In this document: in pieces, positions 20,358 through 34,235 of the stretch | How positions within the stretch are numbered: position 1 is the stretch's first letter | Layout of the letters: each line of letters begins with the position of its first letter | Made by a program: the position numbers and the translations under genes | Source: Candidatus Multivorans sp. | GTDB lineage: Bacteria; Acidobacteriota; Thermoanaerobaculia; Multivoradales; Multivoraceae | Direction: 5' to 3' | DNA length: 64,000 nucleotides | Assembly (NCBI GenBank): GCA_965208755.1 | Contig: OZ242353.1 | Coordinates: 3,866,341 to 3,930,340, forward strand | The notes under the pieces: generated by a model | What the model saw: only the letters and a program-made list of their open reading frames with translations | Database searches by the model: none | What the model was told of the DNA's origin: nothing

Positions 20358-20936
20358 ATGCCGCGCCGCGTCACCTACCAACTCAGGATCGATCTGAAGG
20401 GAACGAAGCCCCCCATCTGGCGGCGGGTTCTCGTGCCGCCTTCGTTCCCGCTTGATCGCCTGCACGAGGTCGTCCAGGTGGCCATGGGTTGGCTCGACGT
20501 ACACCTCCACATGTTCGTCAAGGGTCGACAGACCTACGCCCTCCCGAACCCCTGGGATGACGATTGGGCGCTTCCCGGAATGCCCGCGACACTCGATGAG
20601 AGAAAGTTCCGGGTCGGCCAACTTCTCAAGCGCGAGAAGGACTGGATCAGGTACGAGTACGACTTCGGCGACGGCTGGGAGCACCGAATCACGCTCCAGA
20701 AGATCCTCCCGTACGACCCGGCTCTCCTTCTCCCGGCATGCACTGGCGGGAAGCGGCACTGTCCGCCTGAAGACTGCGGCGGCGTTTGGGGCTACTACCA
20801 CAACCTGGAAGTCCTCAATGACCCGAAGCACGAGGAGTACGAACACATCCGGGAGTGGATGGGCGCCGGGTTCGACGCGGAGGAGTTCAGCGTCGACGAA
20901 GTCAACGAAGTGCTCCGTTCGATGGACCCGGCGTGA
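20358..20936 (+). CDS. Plasmid pRiA4b ORF-3-like family protein (PF07929-like)
   Basis: IWRRVLVPPSFPLDRLHEVVQVAMGW...HLHMF and YEYDFGDGWEH motifs typical of this family. Confidence 0.7.
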   Translation: MPRRVTYQLRIDLKGTKPPIWRRVLVPPSFPLDRLHEVVQVAMGWLDVHLHMFVKGRQTYALPNPWDDDWALPGMPATLDERKFRVGQLLKREKDWIRYEYDFGDGWEHRITLQKILPYDPALLLPACTGGKRHCPPEDCGGVWGYYHNLEVLNDPKHEEYEHIREWMGAGFDAEEFSVDEVNEVLRSMDPA

Positions 20937-20943
20937 AGCCGCG

Positions 20944-21966
20944 TCAAGCGCTGTACAGAATCCGCTCGCCCGCGTCGTCCCGCTGCAGCTCGCCCAGATC
21001 TTCCAGCCACCGCAGGTGCGCGATCGCTTCGCCGGTCGCGAACCAGCGCTGCATGATCGGGAAGTCGTCCCAGGACCTGGCCCGGATGTCCCAGGTCATT
21101 TCGCTGGCGGTCTGGTAGGCGTTGCGGCTGCCGTTCGCGCGCAGGATGTCGATGACCTCCTGGCCGCGGGTTTCGTGGTGCTTGCGAAGTTCGCGGCAGC
21201 GGCCCTTGAAGTCGTGAATCAGGCTGCGGTGGCCGGGCAGGCAGAGGTCGACGTCCAGCGCCTCGACCTTGGCGACGCTGTCGAGGTAGAGGCCCAACGG
21301 ATCGTGGTCGTCCGCCCAGGCCTGAATGTTGGGCGTGATGTCGCCCAGGATGTGGTCACCGGCGATGAAGAGGCGCTTCGCGCGGTCGTACAGCGAGATG
21401 TGACCGAACGTATGGCCGGGCGTGTCGATGACCTCGAGACGGTAGCCGGCGATCTCGATCACGTCGCCTTCGTAGAGCGGCGCGTACTCGATCATCTGGC
21501 CGCTGAAGCGCGCGCCCGGGTGGCGCTTGAAGGACTCGGCCAGCTCCTCGGGCGGGAAGCCGCTGCGCCTGAGGTAGACGCCCATCGGGCTGTTCTCGGA
21601 CCAGCCGCCGTGGGCCCGGCCCATCGCCGCGGCGTCGATGGCGCCCATTGAAGCAGTCCGCTCTGGTCGCAGAAGTTCCGGGATCAGGCCGTGGTGGTCG
21701 GCGTGGAGGTGGGTCGCCAGGAAGTCGGTCTTCTCGAGGTCTACGCCGATCTCGTCGAGCCCGGCGGTCAGAACCTCGCGGCACTCGGGCCGGTTCATTC
21801 CGGTGTCGATGACGAGGAAGCGGTCGTCCTCAGTGAGGACGTAGCAGTTCACTTCCTTGAGCGGGTTCCGCGGCAGCGGCACGACGACCCGGTAGAGCGA
21901 GTCGAGGATCTTCTCGGCGACTGGTTCGGTCATGGGCGCGAAGGGTAGCAAGCGGCTACGATTCAC
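20944..21966 (-). CDS. MBL-fold metallo-hydrolase
   Basis: HLHADHHG metallo-beta-lactamase motif. The start may be the internal Met near 21933. Confidence 0.8.
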   Translation of the reverse strand: MNRSRLLPFAPMTEPVAEKILDSLYRVVVPLPRNPLKEVNCYVLTEDDRFLVIDTGMNRPECREVLTAGLDEIGVDLEKTDFLATHLHADHHGLIPELLRPERTASMGAIDAAAMGRAHGGWSENSPMGVYLRRSGFPPEELAESFKRHPGARFSGQMIEYAPLYEGDVIEIAGYRLEVIDTPGHTFGHISLYDRAKRLFIAGDHILGDITPNIQAWADDHDPLGLYLDSVAKVEALDVDLCLPGHRSLIHDFKGRCRELRKHHETRGQEVIDILRANGSRNAYQTASEMTWDIRARSWDDFPIMQRWFATGEAIAHLRWLEDLGELQRDDAGERILYSA

Positions 21967-21992
21967 GATTCACGCGCGGAGAGGAGACCGAG

Positions 21993-23594
21993 ATGCCGCT
22001 GACCGAGAGCTACGTTCCCGCCGATACGAGTTCACCCGTCCTCGAGACGACGGTCGGCGGCATCCTCCGCGACGCCGCGGCCAAGTCCCCGGACACGGTA
22101 GCGCTGATCGAAGGCGTGCCGGGCGATCGGCGCACCTGGACCTACGCCGAACTCCTGGCGGGCGCGGAGCGCGTCGCGCGGGCGCTCGCCGCCCGCTTCG
22201 AGAAGGGTGACCGGGTCGCCGTCTGGGCGCCGAACATCCCGGAGTGGGTGCTGCTCGAGTACGGCGCGGGCCTGGCCGGTGTCGTCCTGGTGACGGTCAA
22301 CCCGGCCTACCAGCCGAAGGAACTCGAGTACGTGCTGCGTCAGTCCCGGTCGTCCGGCATCTTCTACCTGCGCTCGTTCCGCGGCAATCCGATGGAGGAG
22401 TCTCTGAAGCAGGTTGCGGACGGACTCCCGGATCTCAGGGAGATCATCCCGTTCGACGAGTTCGAGGAGTTCGTCGCATCGGCGCCGGACGATGTCGAGC
22501 TTCCCGAGGTGAGTCCGGACGACCCGGTCCAGATCCAGTACACGTCGGGCACCACGGGTTTCCCCAAGGGCGCCTACCTCCACCACCGCGGGATCACGAA
22601 CAACGCCCGGTTCGTCGCCGAGCGTCTGGGCGTCAGGCCCGGCGACGCCTACGTCAACCCGATGCCCCTGTTCCACACGGGCGGCTGCGTGCTGGGTGTC
22701 CTCGGTCCCTGTCAGCAGCAGGCGACCCTGGTCAACCTGGTCATGTTCGAGCCTGGGCTCATGCTGGCGCTGGTCGAAGAGCTGAGGGCCACGCATCTGC
22801 TCGGCGTGCCGACGATGCTGATCGCGGTGATGGAGCATCCCGACTTCGCCAGCCGCGACCTGTCGTCCGTCCACACCGTCTGCTCCGGCGGCGCGACGGT
22901 GCCGGCCGACCTGGTGCGGCGGATCGAGAAGACGCTCGGGGTGCAGTTCTCGATCATCTACGGGCAGACCGAGGCGTCGCCGGGCGTCACGCTGATGAAG
23001 CCGGACGACAGCGAGGAGGACAAGGCGAACACGCTCGGTCCGGTGCTGCCGCAGACCGAGATGAAGGTGATCGACCCCTCGACCGGCGACATTCTGCCGA
23101 TCGGCGAACAGGGCGAGCTCTGCTGCCGCGGCTACCTGGTCATGCTCGGGTACTTCGAGATGCCGGACAAGACGGCCGAGACGATCGACGAGGACGGCTG
23201 GCTCCACACCGGCGACCTGGTGACGATGGACGACCGCGGCTACACCACGATCACCGGCCGGCTGAGGGACATGATCATCCGCGGCGGCGAGAACATCTAT
23301 CCGCGGGAGATCGAGGAGCTGCTGTTCGAGCATCCGCAGGTCGCGGACGTAGCGGTCGTCGGTCTGCCGGACGAGCGCTGGGGGGAGATCGTGGGCGCCT
23401 TCGTCCGCGACGCGGACCCGTCGAACCCGGTCTCGGACGCGGAACTCCACACGTACTGTCGCGAGAACCTGTCTCCGCAAAAGACCCCCAAGGCCTGGTA
23501 CCGGGTCGACGAATTTCCGCTCACGCCCTCCGGCAAGATCCAGAAGTTCGTGCTGGTGGAGGAGTGGAAGAAGGGGGCCCACAGCGCGGCTTGA
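21993..23594 (+). CDS. AMP-dependent synthetase/ligase (acyl-CoA synthetase)
   Basis: YTSGTTGFPKGA AMP-binding motif and a C-terminal GKIQK. Confidence 0.85.
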   Translation: MPLTESYVPADTSSPVLETTVGGILRDAAAKSPDTVALIEGVPGDRRTWTYAELLAGAERVARALAARFEKGDRVAVWAPNIPEWVLLEYGAGLAGVVLVTVNPAYQPKELEYVLRQSRSSGIFYLRSFRGNPMEESLKQVADGLPDLREIIPFDEFEEFVASAPDDVELPEVSPDDPVQIQYTSGTTGFPKGAYLHHRGITNNARFVAERLGVRPGDAYVNPMPLFHTGGCVLGVLGPCQQQATLVNLVMFEPGLMLALVEELRATHLLGVPTMLIAVMEHPDFASRDLSSVHTVCSGGATVPADLVRRIEKTLGVQFSIIYGQTEASPGVTLMKPDDSEEDKANTLGPVLPQTEMKVIDPSTGDILPIGEQGELCCRGYLVMLGYFEMPDKTAETIDEDGWLHTGDLVTMDDRGYTTITGRLRDMIIRGGENIYPREIEELLFEHPQVADVAVVGLPDERWGEIVGAFVRDADPSNPVSDAELHTYCRENLSPQKTPKAWYRVDEFPLTPSGKIQKFVLVEEWKKGAHSAA

Positions 23595-23665
23595 GATCTG
23601 ACATGATCGCCGCTCTTCACGCAGACTTCTCTTCGCCGCTCCGCGACTAGCGAAGCGGTTGGCGC

Positions 23666-25297
23666 ATGCAGGCTCTCAGATCCAACGTCGACGTTCGCTC
23701 GGAGCAGTTCAGGAAGAACCGCACCGACATCCTGGAACAGATCGAGCAAGTGAACGATCTGCTCGAGCAGGTGGCCGGCGGGGGCGGGCCGGAGGCGATG
23801 AACCGGCTGCGGAGCCGCGGCAGGCTGCCGGTGCGCGAGCGCGTGGCGAACGCCCTCGATCGGGACAGCCCGTTCCTCGAGATCTCGCCGCTCGCGGCCT
23901 GGAACTCGTACTACACGGTCGGTTCCGGGTTCGTGCTCGGCGTCGGCGTGATCTCGGGCACGGAGTGCGTGATCCTCGGCCACGACCCGTCGGTTCGGGC
24001 CGGCGCCTTCAACGAGTTCAACTCGAAGAAGCTGATGCGCGGCCTGGAGATCGCGCGGATCAACCGGTTGCCCTACGTCCAGTTCGTGGAGTCCGCGGGC
24101 GCCGACCTGCGCGGCAACACGGGTGACGATCCGGACGCGCAGACGAAGCGGACCCTGGGGCACTTCGCCGAGTCGGGCCGTCTCTTCTACGAGATCTCCG
24201 AGCTCTCCAAGATGCGCATTCCAACCGTGTCGATCGTCTTCGGCGCCTCGACGGCCGGCGGCGCCTACCAGCCGGGGATGAGCGACTACAACATCTTCGT
24301 CAAGAACCAGGCGATGGTCTCGCTCGGCGGTCCGCCCCTGGTCAAGATGGCGACCGGTGAGGACGCCGAGCCAGAGAGCATCGGCGGCGCGGACATGCAC
24401 TGCCGCGTTTCGGGTCTTGGCGACTACCTGGCGCAGGACGAGATGGACGGAATTCGCCTCTGCCGAGACGTGATCGCCCACCTGAACTGGCGCAAGGAAG
24501 GTCCCGGTCCGAGCCTGCCGCCCGACGACCCGGTGCTCGATCCGGAGGAACTGCTTGGCCTCGTCTCACGCGACCTGCGCTCTCCGCTGGACATCCGGGA
24601 GGTCATCGGCCGGATCGTCGACGGATCGCGGTTCGAGGAGTTCAAGCCGCTCTACGGGCCGACGATCGTCTGCGGCTGGTCGTCGATCCACGGCTATCCG
24701 GTGGGCATCCTGGGCAACAACGGCGCGCTGTTCTCCGAGTCGGCGGAGAAGGCGACCCAGTTCATCCAGCTCTGCAACCAGATCGACGTGCCGCTCCTGT
24801 TCCTGCACAACATCACCGGTTACATCGTCGGCACCGACTACGAGCAGGGCGGGATCACGAAGAACGGATCGAAGATGATCAACGCGGTGGCGAACTCGAC
24901 CGTGCCGCACCTCTCGGTCATCGTCGGCGCGTCGTACGGGGCCGGCAACTACGGCATGAGCGGTCGCGCCTACGGCACCCGCTTCACCTACATCTGGCCG
25001 ACCGCGAAGATCGCGGTCATGGGCCCGGAGCAGATGGCGGGCGTGATGACGATCGTGACCCGGAGGGCGGCGCAGCGGCGCGGCATCGAGTTCGACGAAG
25101 AGGCCGACCGGAAGCGCGCGGCGGGCGTAATCCACTGGGCCGAGAAGCGCTCGCTGGGTCTCTACGCGACCTCTCGGGTTTCCGACGACGGGATGATCGA
25201 CCCGCGCGACACCCGCACCGTGCTCGGTCTGTCCCTGTCGGCCTGCCACAGCCGGGCAGTCGAGGGGGCGAAGGGCTATGCAGTCTTCAGGATGTGA
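23666..25297 (+). CDS. Acyl-CoA carboxylase carboxyltransferase subunit (methylcrotonyl-CoA carboxylase beta-like)
   Basis: 543 aa with the carboxyltransferase architecture of MCCase/PCCase beta chains. Confidence 0.8.
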   Translation: MQALRSNVDVRSEQFRKNRTDILEQIEQVNDLLEQVAGGGGPEAMNRLRSRGRLPVRERVANALDRDSPFLEISPLAAWNSYYTVGSGFVLGVGVISGTECVILGHDPSVRAGAFNEFNSKKLMRGLEIARINRLPYVQFVESAGADLRGNTGDDPDAQTKRTLGHFAESGRLFYEISELSKMRIPTVSIVFGASTAGGAYQPGMSDYNIFVKNQAMVSLGGPPLVKMATGEDAEPESIGGADMHCRVSGLGDYLAQDEMDGIRLCRDVIAHLNWRKEGPGPSLPPDDPVLDPEELLGLVSRDLRSPLDIREVIGRIVDGSRFEEFKPLYGPTIVCGWSSIHGYPVGILGNNGALFSESAEKATQFIQLCNQIDVPLLFLHNITGYIVGTDYEQGGITKNGSKMINAVANSTVPHLSVIVGASYGAGNYGMSGRAYGTRFTYIWPTAKIAVMGPEQMAGVMTIVTRRAAQRRGIEFDEEADRKRAAGVIHWAEKRSLGLYATSRVSDDGMIDPRDTRTVLGLSLSACHSRAVEGAKGYAVFRM

Positions 25298-25318
25298 GGG
25301 CGGCGCGGTGAGGGCGGC

Positions 25319-27322
<2,004 letters not shown>

Positions 27323-27353
27323 GGCGCGGAGCGCAGACGCGAGGAGGATCTGG

Positions 27354-28157
27354 ATGTCGAACCAGCCTGGTACGGAGTGCACGCTCTACGAGGTCAAGAG
27401 CGGCGCCGCCTGGATCACGCTGAACCGCCCGGAACGGCGGAACGCCCTGTCGCCGACGCTGGTCACGGAGGTCCATGACCACCTGGCCGCGGCGCAGGCC
27501 GACGACAGCGTCCGCTCGATCGTCATCACCGGCAAAGGCCCGGGCTTCTGCTCTGGCGCCGATCTCAAGCGGCAACCGGGCGAGAGCGAGCCGGAGAGGA
27601 TCGTGCCCTACCCGGAAGTCCTGACCGCGATCTGGGAGGGCGAGAAGCCGGTGATCGCCGCGGTGAACGGCCATGCCTTCGCCGGCGGCCTGGGCATGGT
27701 CGCGGCCTCGGACCTCGTGATCACCGCCGAAGAGGCGATGTTCAGCTTCAGCGAGGTGCGGATCGGCGTCATCCCGGCGATCATCGCGGTCGTCTGCCTG
27801 CGCAAGCTGGGGCCGCACCACGGCATGCGGCTGTTCCTGACCGGCGACCGGTTCAGCGGCCGCCAGGCGGTGGAGTACGGCCTCGCCCACAAGGCGGTGC
27901 CGCGCGACGAGCTGATGGCGACGGTCCAGGAGGAGATCGACGCGATCAACCTGGGCGGCCCGAACGCGGTCGTCGAGTGCAAGAAGCTGGTCCGCGCGGT
28001 CCCCGACATCTCGCTCGCCGAGGGCTTCGAACTGACCCAGGGCTGGAGCCGGCGCATGTTCCAGAGCGAGGAGGCGGCCGAGGGCATGGCGGCCTTCCGC
28101 GAGAAGCGCAAGCCGAGCTGGGCGGCGGCTGTCGGGTCCGGCGGAGAGTCCTCGTGA
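27354..28157 (+). CDS. Enoyl-CoA hydratase/isomerase (crotonase; methylglutaconyl-CoA hydratase-like)
   Basis: Crotonase-fold motifs (GKGPGFCSGADL, ALGGGL-like). Lies immediately after the carboxylase subunits. Confidence 0.75.
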   Translation: MSNQPGTECTLYEVKSGAAWITLNRPERRNALSPTLVTEVHDHLAAAQADDSVRSIVITGKGPGFCSGADLKRQPGESEPERIVPYPEVLTAIWEGEKPVIAAVNGHAFAGGLGMVAASDLVITAEEAMFSFSEVRIGVIPAIIAVVCLRKLGPHHGMRLFLTGDRFSGRQAVEYGLAHKAVPRDELMATVQEEIDAINLGGPNAVVECKKLVRAVPDISLAEGFELTQGWSRRMFQSEEAAEGMAAFREKRKPSWAAAVGSGGESS

Positions 28158-28765
28158 CGATTCAGCTCTACCACTGTCAGGGCGCCCGCTCGCTGCGTGC
28201 GGTGTGGACGCTGGAGGAGATGGGCATCGACTACGACCTGCACGTCTTGCCCTTCCCGCCGCGGGTGTTCAAGAAGGACTACCTCGGAACCAACCTCCTG
28301 GGCACGGTTCCCTACATGATCGACGGCGATGTCCACATGACGGAGTCTTCGGGGATCGCGAAGTACCTGGTCGACCGCTACGGCCCGACCCCGATCGGCG
28401 TGGATGTGGACGACCCGGAGTACGGCGCGTACCTCAACTGGCTGTTCTACAGCGACGCGACGCTGACCTTCCCGCAGACGCTGTTCCTGCGCTACACGCG
28501 GCTCGAGCCCGAGGAGCGCCGGGTCCCGCAGGTCGCGGAGGACTACCGGAAGTGGTTCCTGGGCCGGCTGCGGCTGGTCGAGTCGGCGACCTCGGACGGC
28601 CGCGAATTCCTGTGTTGCGGCCGCTTCACGATCGCCGACATCTGCGTCGGCTACGGCCTGAAGCTCGCGGCCTCGCTCGGCATCGACGACTTCGGCGACA
28701 ACGTCCGCCGCTACTGGACGGGCCTGCAGGAAGTCCCCTCGTACCAGCGGATCCGCGAGGTCTAG
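28153..28765 (+). CDS. Glutathione S-transferase
   Basis: GTG start in a GTGA overlap with the crotonase stop. GST N-terminal thioredoxin-like motif and C-terminal helical domain. About 204 aa. Confidence 0.65.
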
Positions 28766-28766
28766 G

Positions 28767-29270
28767 TTGCGCCTTGGAACGATCTTCCGACTGTTCCTGG
28801 CAACAGTCGCGCTTCTAGCCGGCGCCTGCGGCCCGACCCAGAACCTGCCCACGCCCGAGCAGCCGATCGCGTACGACCACCAGGTCCATATCGAGGCTGG
28901 GCTGGAGTGCGTCCGTTGCCATCGGGGTGCTGAGGAGGGGGTGCATGCGGGAATGCCGTCCGTGCAGGCCTGTGCGGGCTGCCATCGGCGGGAGATTCCC
29001 GATCATCCCGAGGTTCAGAAGGTGATGCTCGCGAATGAGAACCGGGAGCCGATCCAGTGGGCGAAGGTCAACGTGATCCCGGACTCGGCGATGGTGCACT
29101 TCAACCACAGGGCCCATGCCCGGGCGGGTATCGAGTGCCTGACTTGCCACGGTGACGTGGCTTCGATGACGGTGGCCGAGCCGGTGCGGAATGTTGCCGA
29201 CATGGGCTGGTGCGTCGAGTGCCACCGCGAGAACGAGGCCAGTGACGACTGCCTGGCTTGCCATCGGTGA
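28767..29270 (+). CDS. actA: Pentaheme cytochrome c, alternative complex III subunit ActA-like
   Basis: Five CxxCH motifs: CVRCH, CAGCH, CLTCH, CVECH, CLACH. N-terminal signal or lipoprotein peptide. Confidence 0.7.
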   Translation: MRLGTIFRLFLATVALLAGACGPTQNLPTPEQPIAYDHQVHIEAGLECVRCHRGAEEGVHAGMPSVQACAGCHRREIPDHPEVQKVMLANENREPIQWAKVNVIPDSAMVHFNHRAHARAGIECLTCHGDVASMTVAEPVRNVADMGWCVECHRENEASDDCLACHR

Positions 29271-29277
29271 GGATGGG

Positions 29278-31575
29278 ATGAGCAGCGGCAACGGCAAGCG
29301 CGGCGAACCGCGGGTCACGATCGGGCGGCGGGACTTCTTCAAGGTCTACGCCGCGGCCGGGGTGGCGGTGCTTCAGGGCTGTCGGCGGCGTGACCAGGAA
29401 CTGATCGAGTCTCCGGTGCGGCGGAGTACGGCGCTGCCCGGCGCCTCCGTGTGGCGGCGGTCGATCTGCGAGCAGTGCGGCGCCGGCTGCGAAGTCGAAG
29501 TGCGAACGGTCGACCGGCTGGCGAAGAAGATCGAGGGGCTGCCGTCGGGGTTCGTCAACGCGGGCGGTGTCTGCGCGCTGGGGCACTCGGCGCTGCAGGA
29601 GCTGTATCACCCGGACCGGGTGACGGAGCCGATGCGGCGGGGCTCCTCAGGCGAGTTGGAGCCTGTCTCGTGGGAGGAGGCGCTCGAAACCGCGGCGACG
29701 GCGATCGCGGCCGCGCCGGCTGCGACAACGGTTGTCGCGGGGGCGCCGTCGGGGCCACTCCTCGGCTTGTGGCGGCGGTTCGCGGCGACGGTGGGTGCGC
29801 CTGCGCCGGTTCACTGGCAGCCGGCCGACGTGGTCGTCGAACGGGAAGCCGCGCGGCTCGCGTTCGGCGAATCGACCCGGCCCGCCTACGACCTGGGCCG
29901 GGCCGACTACGTCGTGTCCGTCGGCGCCCCTTTCCTCGACCGCTGGCGTAGCCCCGTCCACTTCGGCGCCGCCTGGGCCGAGCTCACCGCCGACCGGCGC
30001 GGCAAGCTGGTGCAGGTCGAGGCGCGGCACTCGCTGACCGCCGCCAACGCCGACGACTGGCTGCCGGTGCGGCCGGGCAGCGAGGGCTTCTTCGCGCGCG
30101 GCCTCGCCGGACTCCTGCTCGGATCGCGAGCGGTCGGGGAAGAGGAGCGCGCGGCCTACGAGGCGCTCTATCCCGAGGCGCCGCCCGACCTCGCGGCGAC
30201 CGCCGAACGCTGCGGTATCGATGCCGGCCGGATCGAGCGGCTCGCGGCCGAACTCTCTCGTGCCCACCGGCCGCTGGTGATGGTCGGCGGATCGGCGCTC
30301 GAGGGCGAGAACGGCGTGGCAGCGGGCGCGGCGGCGCTCGCGCTCAACCTGCTGCTGGGCGCGGCGGGTCGCGAGGGCGGCGTCTTCGCCGGCGTCGACT
30401 TCGGTTTCGAGGACCGGCTGGCCGGCGACGCCGCCGCGTCCTCTCCGCCGGCGATGCTGGCGGATCTGCTGGCCGGGGACGGCGAATCGGGCGTTCTCGT
30501 CGTGTCGGAGGCCGATCCGCTCCACGGAATGCCGGGGCTCGAGGCCGCCTTCAAGCGCGCCGGCACGGTCGTCGCTCTTTCCGCCTTCTTCGACGACACC
30601 ACGGTAGGGGCCGATGTCGTGCTGCCGGTCCAGACGGACCTGGAGCGCTTCCAGGCGGTGGAGCCGGACCCGGTGCAGGGCGTTCCGGCCCTGCTCATCG
30701 CCTCGCCGACCGTGGCGCCGCGCGGCGAGGCGCGGCATCCCGGTGATGTGGCGCTGGCGCTGGCCGCGGCGGCCGGCAGCGCTCTGCCCTGGCCCGGCTT
30801 CCAAGAGGCGGTCGAGTCGGCGCTGAGCGACGCCTTTGCGGCGACGAGGGCGGCCGGCGACGACACGAGCAACCCGGCCACCCTGCCGGCGTCGCTGATC
30901 GCCGGCGCGCTGAACGCCCGGCAGTTCGTGCGCCGGACGACGGATGCCGGCGGCCTGGTGGGCATCGAGGAGATGCGGCGCGCGCCCGCCGCGCCGGCTT
31001 CGGGCGACGCGGACGAGGCGCCGGGCCCGATTCCCGATCCGGCTTCGCTGCCGGCGCCGGCCGCTCCGGCGGGCGTCGAGTCCTTCACGCTGATCCCCTT
31101 CGAATCGCTGAAGCTGGGCGACGGCCGCGGCGCCAGCCGTCCGTGGCTGCAGGAGTTGCCGGACCCGCTGTCCACCGTCATGTGGGGGTCGTGGGTAGAG
31201 GTGGCGACTGCCGACGCGGACCGGTTGGGCATCCACACTGGCGACATCGTGCGGCTGACCGGAACCGCGGCGGAGATCGAACTGCCGGCGATCGTTCTGC
31301 CGACGGTGCGGCCGGGCTCGGTCGGCGTGCCGGTCGGCGGTGGTCACGCGGACTACGGCCGTTACGCCCGCGGCCGGGGCGTCAACGTGAACGCCCTGCT
31401 CGATCCGGACCGCCGCGTGACCGGCGCCGGCGCGTTCGCGCGGGCCGAGCTCCGCGTGCGGATCGAGAGACTGCGCCGGCCTCAACGCAACGAGCGGCCG
31501 GTGATCTACGGCCGCGGCCTGCGGCAGGCCGAGGAGATACCGGTCGGCTGGGCGCCGCACGATGGAGGGAAGGCA

Positions 31576-31578
<3 letters not shown>
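29278..31578 (+). CDS. actB1: Molybdopterin-oxidoreductase-like subunit lacking an obvious cofactor role, ACIII ActB1-like, Tat-exported
   Basis: Twin-arginine signal RRDFFKVYAAAGVAVL at the internal Met at 29278, about 767 aa. ATGA overlap with the next gene. Confidence 0.7.
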
Positions 31579-32272
<694 letters not shown>

Positions 32273-32276
<4 letters not shown>

Positions 32277-33670
32277 CGGATCGGCCCCAGGCCTCTGCCA
32301 GGGCACTCGACGGCGAGCTGCTCGGCCGTCTCGACCGGCGCCGTCCGGGCCTGCTCGTCGGCTCGCTCGCCAGCGGCGCCCTGGTCCTCGTCTTCTTCTA
32401 CTGCTGGGGCTACCAGATCGCGAACGGCATCGGCGTCACCGGCATCAATCGGCCGGTGTTCTGGGGCTTCTACATCATCAACTTCGTCTTCTGGATCGGC
32501 ATCAGCCACGCCGGCACGCTGATCTCGGCGATCCTGCGGGTGACGAAGGCGGAGTGGCGGCGACCGGTTACGCGGTCGGCCGAGGCGATCACCCTGTTCG
32601 CGCTCGCGATCGGCGGCCTGTTCCCGCTGATCCACCTCGGCCGGGTGACGATCTTCTACTACATGATCCCGTACCCGAACAGCCGGATGCTGTGGCCGAA
32701 CTTCCGGTCGCCGCTGGTGTGGGACATCGCCGCGATCACGACCTACATCATCGGCAGCGCCCTCTACCTGTTCCTGCCCCTGATCCCGGACGCGGCGGTC
32801 ATGCGGGACCGCGCGGCGGCTGGCCTCAAGAAGCGCTTCTACGCGGTTCTGGCTCTCGGCTGGCGCGGCACGGCCCAGCAGTGGCACAGCCTGGAGTGGG
32901 GGATTCGCATCCTGGCGGTCGCGATCATCCCGGTGGCGGTCTCGGTCCACACGATCGTGTCCTGGGACTTCGCGATGACCCAGACGCCGGGCTGGAAGAG
33001 CACGATCTTTGGCCCCTACTTCGTCGTCGGTGCGATCTTCTCGGGGATCGCGGTCCTGATGATCGCGATGGCGCTGCTCCGGCGCGGCCTCGCGCTCGAG
33101 CGTTTCCTCACCGACCGCGTGTTCAACAACCTCGGCCTCCTGTTCGTGACGATGTCCCTGGTCTGGGGCTACTTCACGTTCGCGGAGCACCTGACCGTCT
33201 GGTACAGCGGCGATCTGTTCGAGAAGAACGTGCATCACGTCCTGCTGCACGGCGACTTCGCGGTTCCGTTCTGGACGATGGTCGTGGTCAACCTCGTGAT
33301 TCCGGTGGCCGTGCTCTCCTTCCCGCGCGGTCGACGGCCGCTGCCGACCGCGCTGGTCGGTTGCGGCGTGCTGGTGGGCATGTGGCTCGAACGGTTCCTG
33401 ATCGTCGTGCCGGCCCTTTCGACGCCGCGGCTGGCCTACAGCATTGGCGACTACCTGCCGAGCTGGGTGGAACTGGGGATCATGATCGGAGCGGTCGGAG
33501 TCTTCGCCTGCCTCTACTTCACGTTCACCCAGTTGCTGCCGATCGTCTCCGTGTGGGAGATGCGTGAGGGCTGGCGGCACGCGGAGGGTGGCGGCGAGAG
33601 CGGCCGGACTTCCGGGGCTGCGCCGACGTCCGCGGCGGCGTCACCGGTGCCCGGAGGAGGCGGGGCATGA
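32273..33670 (+). CDS. actC: NrfD/PsrC-like polytopic quinol-interacting membrane subunit, ACIII ActC-like
   Basis: 465 aa with about 10 TM helices in the NrfD family pattern. GTGA overlap. Confidence 0.75.
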
Positions 33671-34209
33671 CCGCGGCGGCCCAGGACCATCTCGTCGAAG
33701 CTGCGTTCGAGCGCGTCGAGGACGCGCGTGCGGTCGTCGAAGCCGCTCTGGAGTCGGGGGTCGCGGCCTCGCAGGTCGAAGTGCGCAGTCCGTCGCCGCT
33801 GGAAGAAGGCGAACTGCCGCTGCCGAAGCCGAAGTCCCGGGTGCTGTTGTTCGCTCTTGCCGGCGCCGTCCTCGGCGGTCTGACCGCCTTCGGCCTGGCG
33901 GCCGGCACCGCGCTGGCCTACCCGCTGCCGACGGGCGGTATGTCGATCGTCGCCGGGCCGCCGGTCGGCGTCGTGACCTACGAGGGCACGGCGCTTGGCC
34001 TGATCATCATGACGGTCCTGCGCGTGCTGTGGGAAGGCGGGCTGCTCCCGGGCCGGGCGATCCGGGGTGGCCGCGGCCGGGCTTCGGAGCTGGATCACCA
34101 CGTCGCCGACGGTCGGTTGCTGCTCCGGATCCACGGTCTGACCGAGAGTGGAGCGGAGGAGGTGCGCGAGTTGTGCCGGCCTCGTGCTGTCTCACTGGTT
34201 GAGGGGTAG
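33667..34209 (+). CDS. actD: Small two-TM membrane protein, ACIII ActD (DUF3341)-like
   Basis: 180 aa with a soluble N-domain then two TM helices. Position and size match ActD. ATGA overlap. Confidence 0.55.
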   Translation: MTAAAQDHLVEAAFERVEDARAVVEAALESGVAASQVEVRSPSPLEEGELPLPKPKSRVLLFALAGAVLGGLTAFGLAAGTALAYPLPTGGMSIVAGPPVGVVTYEGTALGLIIMTVLRVLWEGGLLPGRAIRGGRGRASELDHHVADGRLLLRIHGLTESGAEEVRELCRPRAVSLVEG

Positions 34210-34235
34210 CCGTTGGGCGCCGGCGCCGGGTGCGG

